Source of the DNA: Nanobdellati archaeon
Lineage (GTDB): Archaea > Nanobdellota > Nanobdellia > Woesearchaeales > JAADFO01
Assembly: GCA_013152815.1 (NCBI GenBank)
Contig: JAADFO010000003.1
Coordinates: 1-37,709 of the forward strand
Length of the DNA: 37,709 nt
Direction: 5' to 3'
Part shown: one piece after another, positions 9,337 to 18,886 of the stretch
Numbering within the stretch: the first letter of the stretch is position 1
How the letters are laid out: the number at the start of each line of letters is the position of its first letter
Translations under genes and position numbers: made by a program
Notes under the pieces: generated by a model
The model's input: only the letters and a program-made list of their open reading frames with translations
Told to the model about the DNA's origin: nothing
Databases searched by the model: none

Positions 9337-10594
9337 TCAGGAACTGAAGAGCGGGATGAAGAGGATCGCCCATGCCGCCAGGATGGCTGCTCAGAGCATA
9401 GCGGATCTGCCCACCGAGGAGAAACACCGTCTTCTGAAGAGCATCCAGAAGCAGTTGAAGGAACGACAGCAGGAGATCACCGGAGAGAACGCCAAGGATC
9501 TGGAGTCCGGTAAGCAGAAGGGTCTGTCGAAGGCCGTGCTCGACCGTATCCGGTTGGACGGAAAACGGATACAGCGCATATGTGAAGGCATCGAAGGTAT
9601 CATAGCCCTTCCTGACCCCCTCGGTGAGGTCATGGAAGAACGCACATTGCGATCAGGGATACGCCTGAAGAAAGTACGTGTGCCGCTGGGGGTCATCCTC
9701 CTGATCTTCGAGGCCCGGCCCAATGTTGTCATCGATGCGTTTGCTCTTTGTTTCAAGTCAGGGAACGTGTCCATACTCAAGGGCGGCTCCGATGCTGCCC
9801 ACTCGAATGTCATCCTCGCCCGCATCATCACCGATGCGCTCAAAGATGCGCATATCACGCCGGATGCTCTGCAACTGGTCGCTTCCCGCGACCATGAGGC
9901 CGTAGACCATCTGCTCGACCTGGAGGAAGATATCGACCTGGTCATCCCTCGGGGAGGAGAGCGGCTTATCCGTAACGTGGTGAAGAAGGCCAGGATGCCG
10001 GTCATCATGCACTACAAAGGGCTTTGCCACACCTATATCGACAAGGACGCAGACATCGGGCAGGCAGTGGCCATAGCGCTGAATGCCAAGATCCAGCGTC
10101 CCGGCGTCTGCAACGCGATGGAGACCCTCCTGGTCCATCAGGATATCGCAGATAAGGTCCTCCCCCTGCTTGCAGCGGGACTGAAGGAGGCAGGTGTGAG
10201 AATAAAAGGCGATGACCAGGTATGTGCCCTAGTCAAGGATGCTGAACCGGCATCTGAGGAAGACTGGTCCACAGAATATCTCGACCTCATCCTTTCCATC
10301 AGGATCGTCAGGGACCTGGACGAAGCCATCGCACACATCAACCGCTACGGCTCAAAACATTCAGAAGCCATCATCAGTGAAAACAAGGATGCGCAGGAGC
10401 GGTTCGCCCGGATGGTCGACGCCTCAAGTGTCTTTGTCAACTGCTCCACCCGTTTCAATGATGGTTTTGAATATGGTCTGGGGGCAGAGATCGGCATAAG
10501 CACACAGAAGATCCATGCCCGAGGACCCATGGGCCTGCGGGAACTGACGACCTACAAATATATCCTTTCAGGAGAGGGTCAGGTCCGTACCTGA
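9329..10594 (+). CDS. proA: Gamma-glutamyl phosphate reductase
   Basis: VPLGVI..IFEARPNV, KSGN..ILKGG, VIPRGG, CNAMETLLVH, GAEIGISTQKIHARGPMGL. Confidence 0.97.
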   Translation: MADQELKSGMKRIAHAARMAAQSIADLPTEEKHRLLKSIQKQLKERQQEITGENAKDLESGKQKGLSKAVLDRIRLDGKRIQRICEGIEGIIALPDPLGEVMEERTLRSGIRLKKVRVPLGVILLIFEARPNVVIDAFALCFKSGNVSILKGGSDAAHSNVILARIITDALKDAHITPDALQLVASRDHEAVDHLLDLEEDIDLVIPRGGERLIRNVVKKARMPVIMHYKGLCHTYIDKDADIGQAVAIALNAKIQRPGVCNAMETLLVHQDIADKVLPLLAAGLKEAGVRIKGDDQVCALVKDAEPASEEDWSTEYLDLILSIRIVRDLDEAIAHINRYGSKHSEAIISENKDAQERFARMVDASSVFVNCSTRFNDGFEYGLGAEIGISTQKIHARGPMGLRELTTYKYILSGEGQVRT

Positions 10595-10631
10595 TACGCC
10601 CCTCCCAAAAAAACGCGATGAGGTCCCTGCC

Positions 10632-11723
10632 ATGATCGTCGATTTCCGGAAAGTGAAGACCTTGGTCATCAAGGTCGGTACCCATTCCCTGACCAAGAGA
10701 GATGGAAAGCTAGACCAGCAAAAGATCACCCTCCTTGTTGAGCAGATAGCTAAGATCAAGCAAGGCAGGTCTGTGGTGCTGGTGAGTTCTGGTGCGGTTG
10801 GTGCAGGTATCGGAGAGCTCGCTCTCCGGGAAAGGCCGCGTGCCCTCTCTTTGCTCCAGGCGACGGCCGCGGTCGGCCAGTCGGTCCTCATGAGCGTCTA
10901 TCGTGACCTGTTCAAAGCGCAAGGGATAATCGTGGCCCAGATACTTCTCGCTGAGGAGGATTTCTCCAACAGGAGGAGATATCTCAACTTCAGGAACACC
11001 ATCCACCGTCTTCTGAGAGAAGGGGTCATCCCCATCATCAATGAGAACGATGTCATAGCCACCCATGAGCTGAAGGTGGGCGACAATGACACGCTTTCGG
11101 CCATGATTGCCGCCAACATCAAGGCAGAACTCCTTATCATGCTCTCTGACATCGACGGGCTCTATGACCGTGATCCAAACCATCGGTCAGCAAGGCTGAT
11201 CGAAGAGGTCCATGAGATAACGCCTGAGATCGAGAAGCTGTCCGGGAAAGGGAAAGGCTACTCGGTGGGAGGCATCCACACCAAGGTCGAGGCTGCCAGG
11301 ATCTGCATGAAGGCCGGCATCACGATGAGTCTGGTCGATGGCTCGAAAAAAGGGGTCATCCACCAGGTGCTGGAGAATACACGGATCGGCACCGTGTTCC
11401 TGCCACAGGAGCCTGCAAATTCGAAGGAGCAATGGCTCCGGATCGCACGGCCAAAGGGAATCATCACCATCGACCAGGGCGCAGAGAAGGCTGTGCTATC
11501 AGGGAAGAGCCTTCTGGCAAGAGGTATCCACGATGTCAGGGGAATCTTCGACAGAGGTGATCTGGTCATCATCCAGGGCCCGAAAAAAGAGATAGGAAAA
11601 GGTCTGAGTGAATATTCTTCAGACATGCTGGGCAGGATAAAAGGCAGAACTTCAGAGACCATAGAGAAGCTCCTCGGATTTGCTAGCCCTGCCATCAAAC
11701 ATGATAATTTCATCACATACTAG
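10632..11723 (+). CDS. proB: Glutamate 5-kinase with C-terminal PUA domain
   Basis: VIKVGT, VSSGAV, AAVGQ, PIINEND, GDNDTLSA, LSDIDGLY, KSLL.RGI..V.G.F.RGD. Confidence 0.97.
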   Translation: MIVDFRKVKTLVIKVGTHSLTKRDGKLDQQKITLLVEQIAKIKQGRSVVLVSSGAVGAGIGELALRERPRALSLLQATAAVGQSVLMSVYRDLFKAQGIIVAQILLAEEDFSNRRRYLNFRNTIHRLLREGVIPIINENDVIATHELKVGDNDTLSAMIAANIKAELLIMLSDIDGLYDRDPNHRSARLIEEVHEITPEIEKLSGKGKGYSVGGIHTKVEAARICMKAGITMSLVDGSKKGVIHQVLENTRIGTVFLPQEPANSKEQWLRIARPKGIITIDQGAEKAVLSGKSLLARGIHDVRGIFDRGDLVIIQGPKKEIGKGLSEYSSDMLGRIKGRTSETIEKLLGFASPAIKHDNFITY

Positions 11724-11743
11724 AAGATAGGTCGCTTTTGGAG

Positions 11744-11797
11744 ACCAATAGGTTTGCTTGCACCAATAAGTTTAAGATCACACCCATAGGTTTAAGA
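11744..11797 (+). repeat. Three imperfect direct repeats resembling BRE-TATA elements
   Basis: ACCAATAGGTTT (11744), CACCAATAAGTTTAAGA (11761), CACCCATAGGTTTAAGA (11781). Confidence 0.75.
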
Positions 11798-11849
11798 ATC
11801 TGATGAGCGCCCGTGCAAAGACACGAGACCCGAAAGAAAGCATAGCAAG

Positions 11850-13328
11850 ATGAAGACAAACGACAAGAGAAGAGAGAAGCCCGGAGAGAAGAAGCCGAAT
11901 CCGCTGGGCATAACCGTGAAGAAGGCCGATGATATGCCCGAATGGTATGGCCAGGTGGTCACCAAGGCTGAATTGGCCGACTATGCACCGGTCAAGGGAT
12001 GCATGATCATCCGGCCCCATGGATATGCCCTCTGGCAGTCCATCATGGATTATTTCAACAGGCGGCTGGATGAACATCATGTCAAGAATGCCTATTTTCC
12101 GCTGTTCATCCCAGAGAGTTTCTTTGAGAAGGAGGCCGAGCATGCCAAGGGATTCTCCCCCGAGGTCGCTTGGGTCCAGAACAAAGATGAGGGGTCCCAG
12201 GAACGTCTGGCCATCAGGCCGACTTCAGAGACCATCATGTACGATGCCTATGCCCGGTGGATCAGGAGCTGGCGTGACCTTCCTCTGCGGATCAACCAAT
12301 GGTGCAATATCGTCCGTTGGGAGGTCTCTGATGTCAAGCTGTTCCTTCGGAGCAGGGAGTTCCTCTGGCAGGAAGGCCATTGTGTCTACGAGACAGAGGA
12401 GGAGTGTGACCGCGAAGTCAGGATATTCCTGGATGAATACACAGGACTGTGTGAACATCTCCTTGCCCTCCCGGTCATCGCCGGCAGGAAGACCGAGAAA
12501 GAGAAATTCGCAGGTGCCAAATATACGACGACCATCGAGGCGTTCATGCCCGACGGCAAGGCATTGCAGTGCGGTACATCCCACAATCTCGGCCAGGGGT
12601 TTGCGAAGACCTTCGGCATCTCCTATGTGGGCAAGGATGAGAAAGAGCACCATCCATGGCAGAACAGCTGGGGAATCTCGACAAGGCTCATCGGTGCGAC
12701 CATCCTCATGCATGGTGACGACAAAGGGATGGTGATGCCTCCGGCTGTCGCGCATACCCAGGGTGTCATCGTCCCCATCTACCGGGACAAGGACAAGGAA
12801 GAGGTCCTGGCTCAGGCAAAGAAGCTGAGCGCATCGCTGAAGGGATTCAGCATCGTTCTTGACGACAGGGAGGGTTTTTCACCTGGATGGAAGTTCAACG
12901 AATGGGAACTCAAGGGCATCCCGGTCCGCATCGAGCTTGGTCCTCGAGACATCGAGAAGAGGTCCTGTGTCCTTGTCAGGAGGGATACAGGCGAGAAGAA
13001 GGACGTTTCCTGGAAGACCCTGAATGAGTCGTTCAGCACGCTTCTTGATGCTATCCAGCGCTCGCTTTTCGAGAAGGCCAAGAAACATCTTGAAGAGAGC
13101 ATCCGGAAGGTGACCTCCTACACTCAACTGAAGAAGGCGATAGGTGAGAGACGCCTGGTCCTGGCGCCTTTCTGTGGAGCCATCTCCTGTGAAGAGAAGA
13201 TAAAAGAAGATACCGGCGGCGCAACGGCCCGGTGCATCCCCTTCGACCAGCCTGCTTTGGGCGATCATCAATGTGTTGCCTGTGGAAAGAAAGCGAAACA
13301 CTGGGCCTATTTCTCCAAGAACTATTGA
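11850..13328 (+). CDS. proS: Prolyl-tRNA synthetase (archaeal/eukaryotic type)
   Basis: IRPTSET, NQWCNIVRWE, FLRSREFLWQEGH, GTSHNLGQ, C-terminal zinc domain ending in Tyr. Confidence 0.98.
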   Translation: MKTNDKRREKPGEKKPNPLGITVKKADDMPEWYGQVVTKAELADYAPVKGCMIIRPHGYALWQSIMDYFNRRLDEHHVKNAYFPLFIPESFFEKEAEHAKGFSPEVAWVQNKDEGSQERLAIRPTSETIMYDAYARWIRSWRDLPLRINQWCNIVRWEVSDVKLFLRSREFLWQEGHCVYETEEECDREVRIFLDEYTGLCEHLLALPVIAGRKTEKEKFAGAKYTTTIEAFMPDGKALQCGTSHNLGQGFAKTFGISYVGKDEKEHHPWQNSWGISTRLIGATILMHGDDKGMVMPPAVAHTQGVIVPIYRDKDKEEVLAQAKKLSASLKGFSIVLDDREGFSPGWKFNEWELKGIPVRIELGPRDIEKRSCVLVRRDTGEKKDVSWKTLNESFSTLLDAIQRSLFEKAKKHLEESIRKVTSYTQLKKAIGERRLVLAPFCGAISCEEKIKEDTGGATARCIPFDQPALGDHQCVACGKKAKHWAYFSKNY

Positions 13329-13350
13329 CCGTCGAAGAACTAGACCATTG

Positions 13351-13389
13351 CATGACCAGCATAACCATTAAAACATAACCACATAACCA
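13351..13389 (+). repeat. CATRACCA octamer repeated four times
   Basis: CATGACCA 13351; CATAACCA 13360, 13374 and 13382. Confidence 0.8.
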
Positions 13390-13396
13390 TCAAAAA

Positions 13397-14137
13397 ATGA
13401 GATCAGGCAGGAGCGAACCATCAAAGGTCCTTCTTCTCAGAGAACCGTCCTTGGCCACGGTCGCCCAGTCACAGGTTCAGTCCGGCCGTCTCATAGAGCA
13501 TGAGCAGTCTGGCGAAGCGACATCCCTCCGCGTCGGTCTTGCCGCTCTGCAGAAGAACCTCCAGCTCTTGCGTATCAAGGAGGTGCTGTTCCTCCTGACC
13601 TTCATCATCGGTGCTGCTCTGCTCCGGGTCCCGTTCCAATGGATGCCGAGCGTCGAACCCCTGACCTTTTTCGCCATACTCGCCGGGTGGATGTTCGGAG
13701 GATCCAGAGGATTTGCCGTGGGTGCCGGTTCATTATATCTCTCCAACTATCTCGTCTTCGGCGGGCAGGGTCCCTGGACGATCTTTCAGGCCCTCGGATT
13801 CGGGGTGGCAGGGTTTCTCGGCGGTCAGCTCCGCAGTGAGGCACGCTATTGGGAGATTGGCCTGGTCACGCTGGTCGCGACGCTCTGTTTCGAAGCGATA
13901 GTGGATGTCGGTTCATTGACTTTCTTTCCCTTCGCCCTGTTCTCGCTCATCCTGACCGCGCTTCCGTTCTCTTTCGTCCATATCCTTTCCAACGTCCTCT
14001 TCTCGTCGGTCCTCAGACCTGCGAAAAAGATGGCGGACAGGATCGGCGGTTTCTCTGAACAGGCCATCACCCTTGAACTCATAGAAAGATATAAGAATAA
14101 GCTGGCCCGCTTAGGACAGGAAAAAAGAGGTTCTTGA
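13397..14137 (+). CDS. ECF transporter S component, CbrT-like (candidate cobalamin specificity)
   Basis: About 6 TM segments; RVPFQWMPSVEP.T and LSN...GQGPWTIFQ motifs match the CbrT-type pattern; substrate is inferred. Confidence 0.8.
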   Translation: MRSGRSEPSKVLLLREPSLATVAQSQVQSGRLIEHEQSGEATSLRVGLAALQKNLQLLRIKEVLFLLTFIIGAALLRVPFQWMPSVEPLTFFAILAGWMFGGSRGFAVGAGSLYLSNYLVFGGQGPWTIFQALGFGVAGFLGGQLRSEARYWEIGLVTLVATLCFEAIVDVGSLTFFPFALFSLILTALPFSFVHILSNVLFSSVLRPAKKMADRIGGFSEQAITLELIERYKNKLARLGQEKRGS

Positions 14138-14272
14138 TTGCGTGCATGACTGGAAAAGAGGATAGCAGATAGTTTTGCGAGTGTCCGGTCAGGCATCATT
14201 GTCAGATTGATGGATTGATATGTTTGATGACTTTTTCATCCTGGGCGGTGGAAAAGTAAGGGGGGAGATAGC

Positions 14273-15814
14273 ATGAAATCGAAAGGAGCATCTAGGTTAT
14301 TTAGGTTACCCTCGGATGGCAGCAGATTGCATGGGCGGATGACCCTGACGATCCTTGCTCTGGCTATCCTGTTCATCCTGAGCAGCATCACCGTCTTCGG
14401 GGCCGATGTGGCCCTTGTCGTGCAGTATCCTGACGGAAACGTCCATACTGAATGTCTGAGCGTTGGTGATAACGCAGACGGGTTCCAGACCCTTGAAGCA
14501 TCGAGCCTGCCCCTGACCTGGAGTCAGGCCGGTGCCTTCGGCCATGCCCTCTGCAGGATCAATGGAGTCGGTGACAATGCGATGGGAGCCGCATGTGAGT
14601 GGGGAAACGAGTCATGGGGCTTCTTCATCGATGACAACGGATGGAAACTTTCTCCTGTCGGCTTCGATACGCCCGGTAACTGCTGGAACACCGATTTCGG
14701 GAGCATCGAAGGAAAATATTGCGCAAAGGACGGAGATATGATAGGGTTCATGCGGACCAGCTACGATGAGAGCTTCAACCCCCTGTCATTCCCATCCACC
14801 GTCAACTATGAGGATGTCTGTAGCCGCATGGCCATCTCTGACATCGACGTCAAAGTAGACGGAAAGAAGGACTCGAATCTTAAGGACGGTGACCGGATTC
14901 GAAAAGAGGCGAAGCCTGAGTCTGACGTCGAGTTCAAGGTAAAGGTGGATAACCTCTATGGCCAGGACGGTCCTGACATCGAGAATGTGGAGATAACGGT
15001 AACGATCCAGGACATCGATGACGGGGACAACCTCGACGAGTATTCCGACGATTTTGACATACGCCCGGGAGATACCGAAAAGAAGACCCTCAAGTTCCAT
15101 CTCCCGACCTTCCTTGAAGAAGGGGACTATCCGGTCATCATCGAAGCGGTCGGACGTGATGAGAACGGAAAGCGTCACGAGGCGAGAGCAGAGCTCACCC
15201 TGAAAGTGAACAAGGACAGGCATTCCCTGGTCATCGATCAGGCGTTCTTGAATCCCGAGGTCCTCTCCTGCGAGGACAGCACACCCCTCCGTGTCAGGGT
15301 CATCAACTTTGGCGAGGATGAGGAGGATTCGGTCAGGGTGGTCATCCAGAATGCCGATCTGGGTATCTTCTTCGAGCGCAGTGGCATCGACCTGGAAGCA
15401 GATGATGAAGATGATTCAGTCTATGAGGAGACCTTCATCATAGACCGGCCCCAGGATGCCAAGGACGGGACCTATGACCTGCAGATCGATGCGTACTATG
15501 ATGACACCCGCCTGGAGGACACGAAGAACATCCCCCTGAAGATATCAGGATGCATCCTGGGAGACAGATCTCCACAGGGGACCACATCATCAGGTGAGCA
15601 GGCAGAGACAGGGAACCAAAGGACCGTTGTCGTGGAGACGACTCCTGCTGTAACCGGTAATCTTGTGGCTCAACCGTCCATCACCTACGGTCCGGTCATG
15701 CAGAAAGGAGACTTCTGGAGCAGCAGCATGGGCATAATGTTGCTCGTCCTCCTGAATCTGCTCTTGATCGCAGGAGTCATCCTGCTCCTGACAATAGCAT
15801 TCAGAAGGAGGTGA
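14273..15814 (+). CDS. Membrane-anchored surface protein: DUF4430-like head, Ig/CARDB-like stalk, C-terminal TM anchor
   Basis: Signal peptide; GHALCRINGVG...WGFFID...SPVG...KDGDMIGF head; acidic beta-rich domains; C-terminal TM followed by RRR. Confidence 0.75.
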   Translation: MKSKGASRLFRLPSDGSRLHGRMTLTILALAILFILSSITVFGADVALVVQYPDGNVHTECLSVGDNADGFQTLEASSLPLTWSQAGAFGHALCRINGVGDNAMGAACEWGNESWGFFIDDNGWKLSPVGFDTPGNCWNTDFGSIEGKYCAKDGDMIGFMRTSYDESFNPLSFPSTVNYEDVCSRMAISDIDVKVDGKKDSNLKDGDRIRKEAKPESDVEFKVKVDNLYGQDGPDIENVEITVTIQDIDDGDNLDEYSDDFDIRPGDTEKKTLKFHLPTFLEEGDYPVIIEAVGRDENGKRHEARAELTLKVNKDRHSLVIDQAFLNPEVLSCEDSTPLRVRVINFGEDEEDSVRVVIQNADLGIFFERSGIDLEADDEDDSVYEETFIIDRPQDAKDGTYDLQIDAYYDDTRLEDTKNIPLKISGCILGDRSPQGTTSSGEQAETGNQRTVVVETTPAVTGNLVAQPSITYGPVMQKGDFWSSSMGIMLLVLLNLLLIAGVILLLTIAFRRR

Positions 15815-16039
15815 TGGTGTCTTTCTTTTTTATTCCCTTTTTATTCCCTTTTATTCTCTTTCTGTTTTCTTTTTATGCTCTTCTGTTTCTTCTGCTGCAA
15901 GCTCCTTTCAGTTCTTTGTTTTTTTCAGGGGTCAGGCAGGAGTATAGCCCTATCCAGTCACCAGGCGACATGAAGAGAAGGAATCCGAAGAAATCCTGAG
16001 AACATTTCAGGAGGTAGCTGGCTGGTGCTGGTCGAAGCA

Positions 16040-17728
16040 TCACATCTGTGGGGGGAGGTCTATGGCAAGAAGGTCCATGCCCACCTCGATGACCGTCCCT
16101 ATGGCCTCGATGAGCGAAAGACGTGCATCACGAAGATCATCCTCTGCTTTGAGGATCGGCGAGGCATGATAATACTCGTTCCAGAGCTGTGCAAGGTCAA
16201 GAAGATAGCGTGCGACGAGGATTGGTTTTTTGGTCCGTGCTGCCCTGGTCACCGCATCTGGAAAGACCGAGAGATGGTTGATGATCCTCCGTTCAAGATC
16301 TGTCGTCAGGAGATGCACCTTCGCCTGTTCAGGGACCTTTGCCCCATGCTTTCGGAAGATGCTCTGTATCCGTGCATAGGCATATTGGACATAGGGACCG
16401 GTCTCTCCTTCAAAATCCATGGCCTTGTCCCAGTCGAAGACCATCGCCTTGGAATTATCCCTGTTGACCATGGCGAACTTCAGGGCTCCGTAGGCGATGA
16501 ATGTCGCGGTCTTTTTCACCTTGTCCTCTTTCCAGTCCTGATGACGCTTCCTGATCTCCTCGTCTGCGAGAGCGAGCAGCTTTTCGATGAGCTCATCATA
16601 CCACACCACATTACCTTCGCGTGAGGACATCTTTCCCTCGGGGAGCATGACCAACGCATAGATGACATGGAATGATTTTCCTGCCATGGGCGAGCCGATC
16701 AGCTCAAAGGTCCGGAAGAGCTGCTTGAAATAGAGCTCCTGTTCCTTTCCGACGATGTGGAAGCTCTTGTCGACCTGGAATTCCTTGCTCTTGAGTTCGG
16801 CGAGGGCAAGATCCTTGGTATGATACAAGGCCACGCCATCGTTGCGGAGGAGGACATAGACGCCGAGATGGTCGTCTTCCAGGTCCATTATGGTGGCACC
16901 GTCGCTCATCTTTGCGATGCCTTTCTTCAGCATATCCTGCACGATCCTTTTCCCTGCCTGCTCTACCTCTGATTCGAAATAGAGACGATCGTAATGGACG
17001 TGAAAATCCTCATACATCTTCGCGAAATCATCCAGGCACCATTGGCGCGTCTTCTTCCAGACGCTGACCAGTTCTGGATCGCCGTCATAGAGACGTTTAG
17101 TCATCTCCCGGACTTCATTCTCGAGCTCTTTGTTCGCAGAGATGATCCCGTTCGCTTCTGCATAGATCCTGCCGAGCCACACACCGCGGTGGTCAGCGGG
17201 TTCCTTTCCTTTGTATTTTTCGAGATGGAGATAGCCCCAGAGGCATTTGGTCACATGCGGTCCGATGTCCCCCTGATAGTTGACCCGGATCACCCGAAAG
17301 CCTGCATGGGTGTATATCCTTGAGAGAGCTTCGCCGAGCGAGATGTTCCGGATATGGCCTATATGCACGCCCTTGTGGGTGTTCGCATGGAAGAATTCGA
17401 GCATATAGGTCTTCTTTCGGTCTTCTCCCCGACCGTATGCAGAACCTTGTTTCCTGATAGCAGAGAGGACCTCCTCGGTGAACGAACCCCGTTCCAGATA
17501 GAAATTGAGGTAAGGACCGAGAGCTTCGACCTTCTCGACCCCGGCGATGTCGACAAGGGCTGCAGCAAGTTCCTTGGCGATGATGACCGGGCTCTTCTTT
17601 TGCGTCTTCGCGAGGGCAAAACAGGGAAAAGCGAAATCGCCATGAAGGATGTCTTTCGGCCGTTCCAGTTCAGGATTCTTCAGGCCGGTCTCCTTCTTCA
17701 ATACCTGTATGATGGTTTCTTTGGTCAT
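16040..17728 (-). CDS. argS: Arginyl-tRNA synthetase
   Basis: HGDFA, HIGHIRN, KMSSREG, GETGPYVQYAYARI; start moved to ATG at 17728 (MTKETII). Confidence 0.97.
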   Translation of the reverse strand: MTKETIIQVLKKETGLKNPELERPKDILHGDFAFPCFALAKTQKKSPVIIAKELAAALVDIAGVEKVEALGPYLNFYLERGSFTEEVLSAIRKQGSAYGRGEDRKKTYMLEFFHANTHKGVHIGHIRNISLGEALSRIYTHAGFRVIRVNYQGDIGPHVTKCLWGYLHLEKYKGKEPADHRGVWLGRIYAEANGIISANKELENEVREMTKRLYDGDPELVSVWKKTRQWCLDDFAKMYEDFHVHYDRLYFESEVEQAGKRIVQDMLKKGIAKMSDGATIMDLEDDHLGVYVLLRNDGVALYHTKDLALAELKSKEFQVDKSFHIVGKEQELYFKQLFRTFELIGSPMAGKSFHVIYALVMLPEGKMSSREGNVVWYDELIEKLLALADEEIRKRHQDWKEDKVKKTATFIAYGALKFAMVNRDNSKAMVFDWDKAMDFEGETGPYVQYAYARIQSIFRKHGAKVPEQAKVHLLTTDLERRIINHLSVFPDAVTRAARTKKPILVARYLLDLAQLWNEYYHASPILKAEDDLRDARLSLIEAIGTVIEVGMDLLAIDLPPQM

Positions 17729-17870
17729 GGTCAGGGGATTTGCGGATTTGAGGTGTAAGACAGCAACTGCTGAGCTGAGGACCCCAGAGGTTCTATGCCC
17801 CAAAGGATGAGAGGGACCTATATCCTGTTGACCACTATGATTTAAATATCTTGTTGATTTTCGCAGGAGC

Positions 17871-18800
17871 ATGATCCCCGCCTATGGACACGTTGCCGTC
17901 ATCTGTTCGACTAGAGACTCAGCATCATCCAACATGCTGCGTGCGATGATCAGAAGCGGAGAGCTGGTAGAGGGAACCGAACTTTTTGACGGTCATCCGA
18001 TCCATCACCTTCAGGGACAAGGAGAGAAGATCAGGGTCTATACGACCGACCGACAGCTTATAGCGCTCGATGATCTTGATGGGGAGATCGATGCGGATTT
18101 CTTCATCTTCGCATCCAGACATCAGAGCAGATCAGGCATACCCAGCCTCACCTGTCACATACCAGGAAATTGGGGCAAGAACGAGATGGGAGGAAAGGAG
18201 AAACAGCTCTGCGTGGCTTCTCCCCTGATACTGAAGCATTGTCTGAAAAACATGGTTGCAGATAAGGGCGTGGAGAAGCAGGGGAACCTTGACGCGTATG
18301 AGATTGTCCAGGAAGTGACCCATCACGGCCCGCATATCAGGAAGCCGATCATGTTCATGGAGATAGGTTCTGATGAAGCCCGGTGGCAGGACGACGATGC
18401 CGGAAACTTCATGGCAGCCCAGATACTCAGGCTGGCCCAGGACATCCTGGAACAGAGGGTTCCTTCTGCCGTGGCTGCGGTAGGCATCGGCGGCACCCAT
18501 ACTGCATCCAACTTTTTTGATATCATGACCCGGGGAAGCTACGCTGTCGGACACATCTGCCCAAAATATGCTCTGACCGATATGAACCTGGAGATGTGTA
18601 TCCAGGCATTGGAAAGCAATGATTGCCCCTGCCGGATGCTGCTGGTCGACTGGAAAGGGTTAGGCGACCAGAAACAACGGATCAGGATCATCCTCGCTGA
18701 GCTTGAGAAGCAAGGATATGCATGGGAGACCACCAGCGAGGCAAAGAAGCGTGTTTCTGAGAGCGCAGCGAAAGAGGAGCACCAGCAGAAGCGGACATAG
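17871..18800 (+). CDS. dtdA: D-aminoacyl-tRNA deacylase (archaeal DTD2/GEK1 type)
   Basis: S.RDSAS.N, FASRHQS, LTCHIPGN, EVTHHGP, FMEIGS, GIGGTH, GHICPKY. Confidence 0.93.
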   Translation: MIPAYGHVAVICSTRDSASSNMLRAMIRSGELVEGTELFDGHPIHHLQGQGEKIRVYTTDRQLIALDDLDGEIDADFFIFASRHQSRSGIPSLTCHIPGNWGKNEMGGKEKQLCVASPLILKHCLKNMVADKGVEKQGNLDAYEIVQEVTHHGPHIRKPIMFMEIGSDEARWQDDDAGNFMAAQILRLAQDILEQRVPSAVAAVGIGGTHTASNFFDIMTRGSYAVGHICPKYALTDMNLEMCIQALESNDCPCRMLLVDWKGLGDQKQRIRIILAELEKQGYAWETTSEAKKRVSESAAKEEHQQKRT

Positions 18801-18886
18801 ATGCGCATAGGTAACCGAAAGAAAAAAGAAAATCAAGAAAAATCATAAAAAAGGGGGTCGGAATCCCGGGCCGGAAGGGGAAGTGG

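Noticed and set aside
11744..13389. Short repeat clusters as CRISPR remnants
   Set aside because: Units are 8-17 bp without spacer-length unique sequence, and there are no cas genes
14138..14272. Possible cobalamin riboswitch near the ECF locus
   Set aside because: No B12-box or other conserved riboswitch core recognisable here or upstream of the S component
15811..15999. 62-aa Phe-rich ORF overlapping the surface-protein stop, next to a GGAGGTG sequence
   Set aside because: Its hydrophobicity comes from the T-rich repeat/terminator tract, and the SD-like sequence is just the Arg-Arg-stop codons, too close to the start
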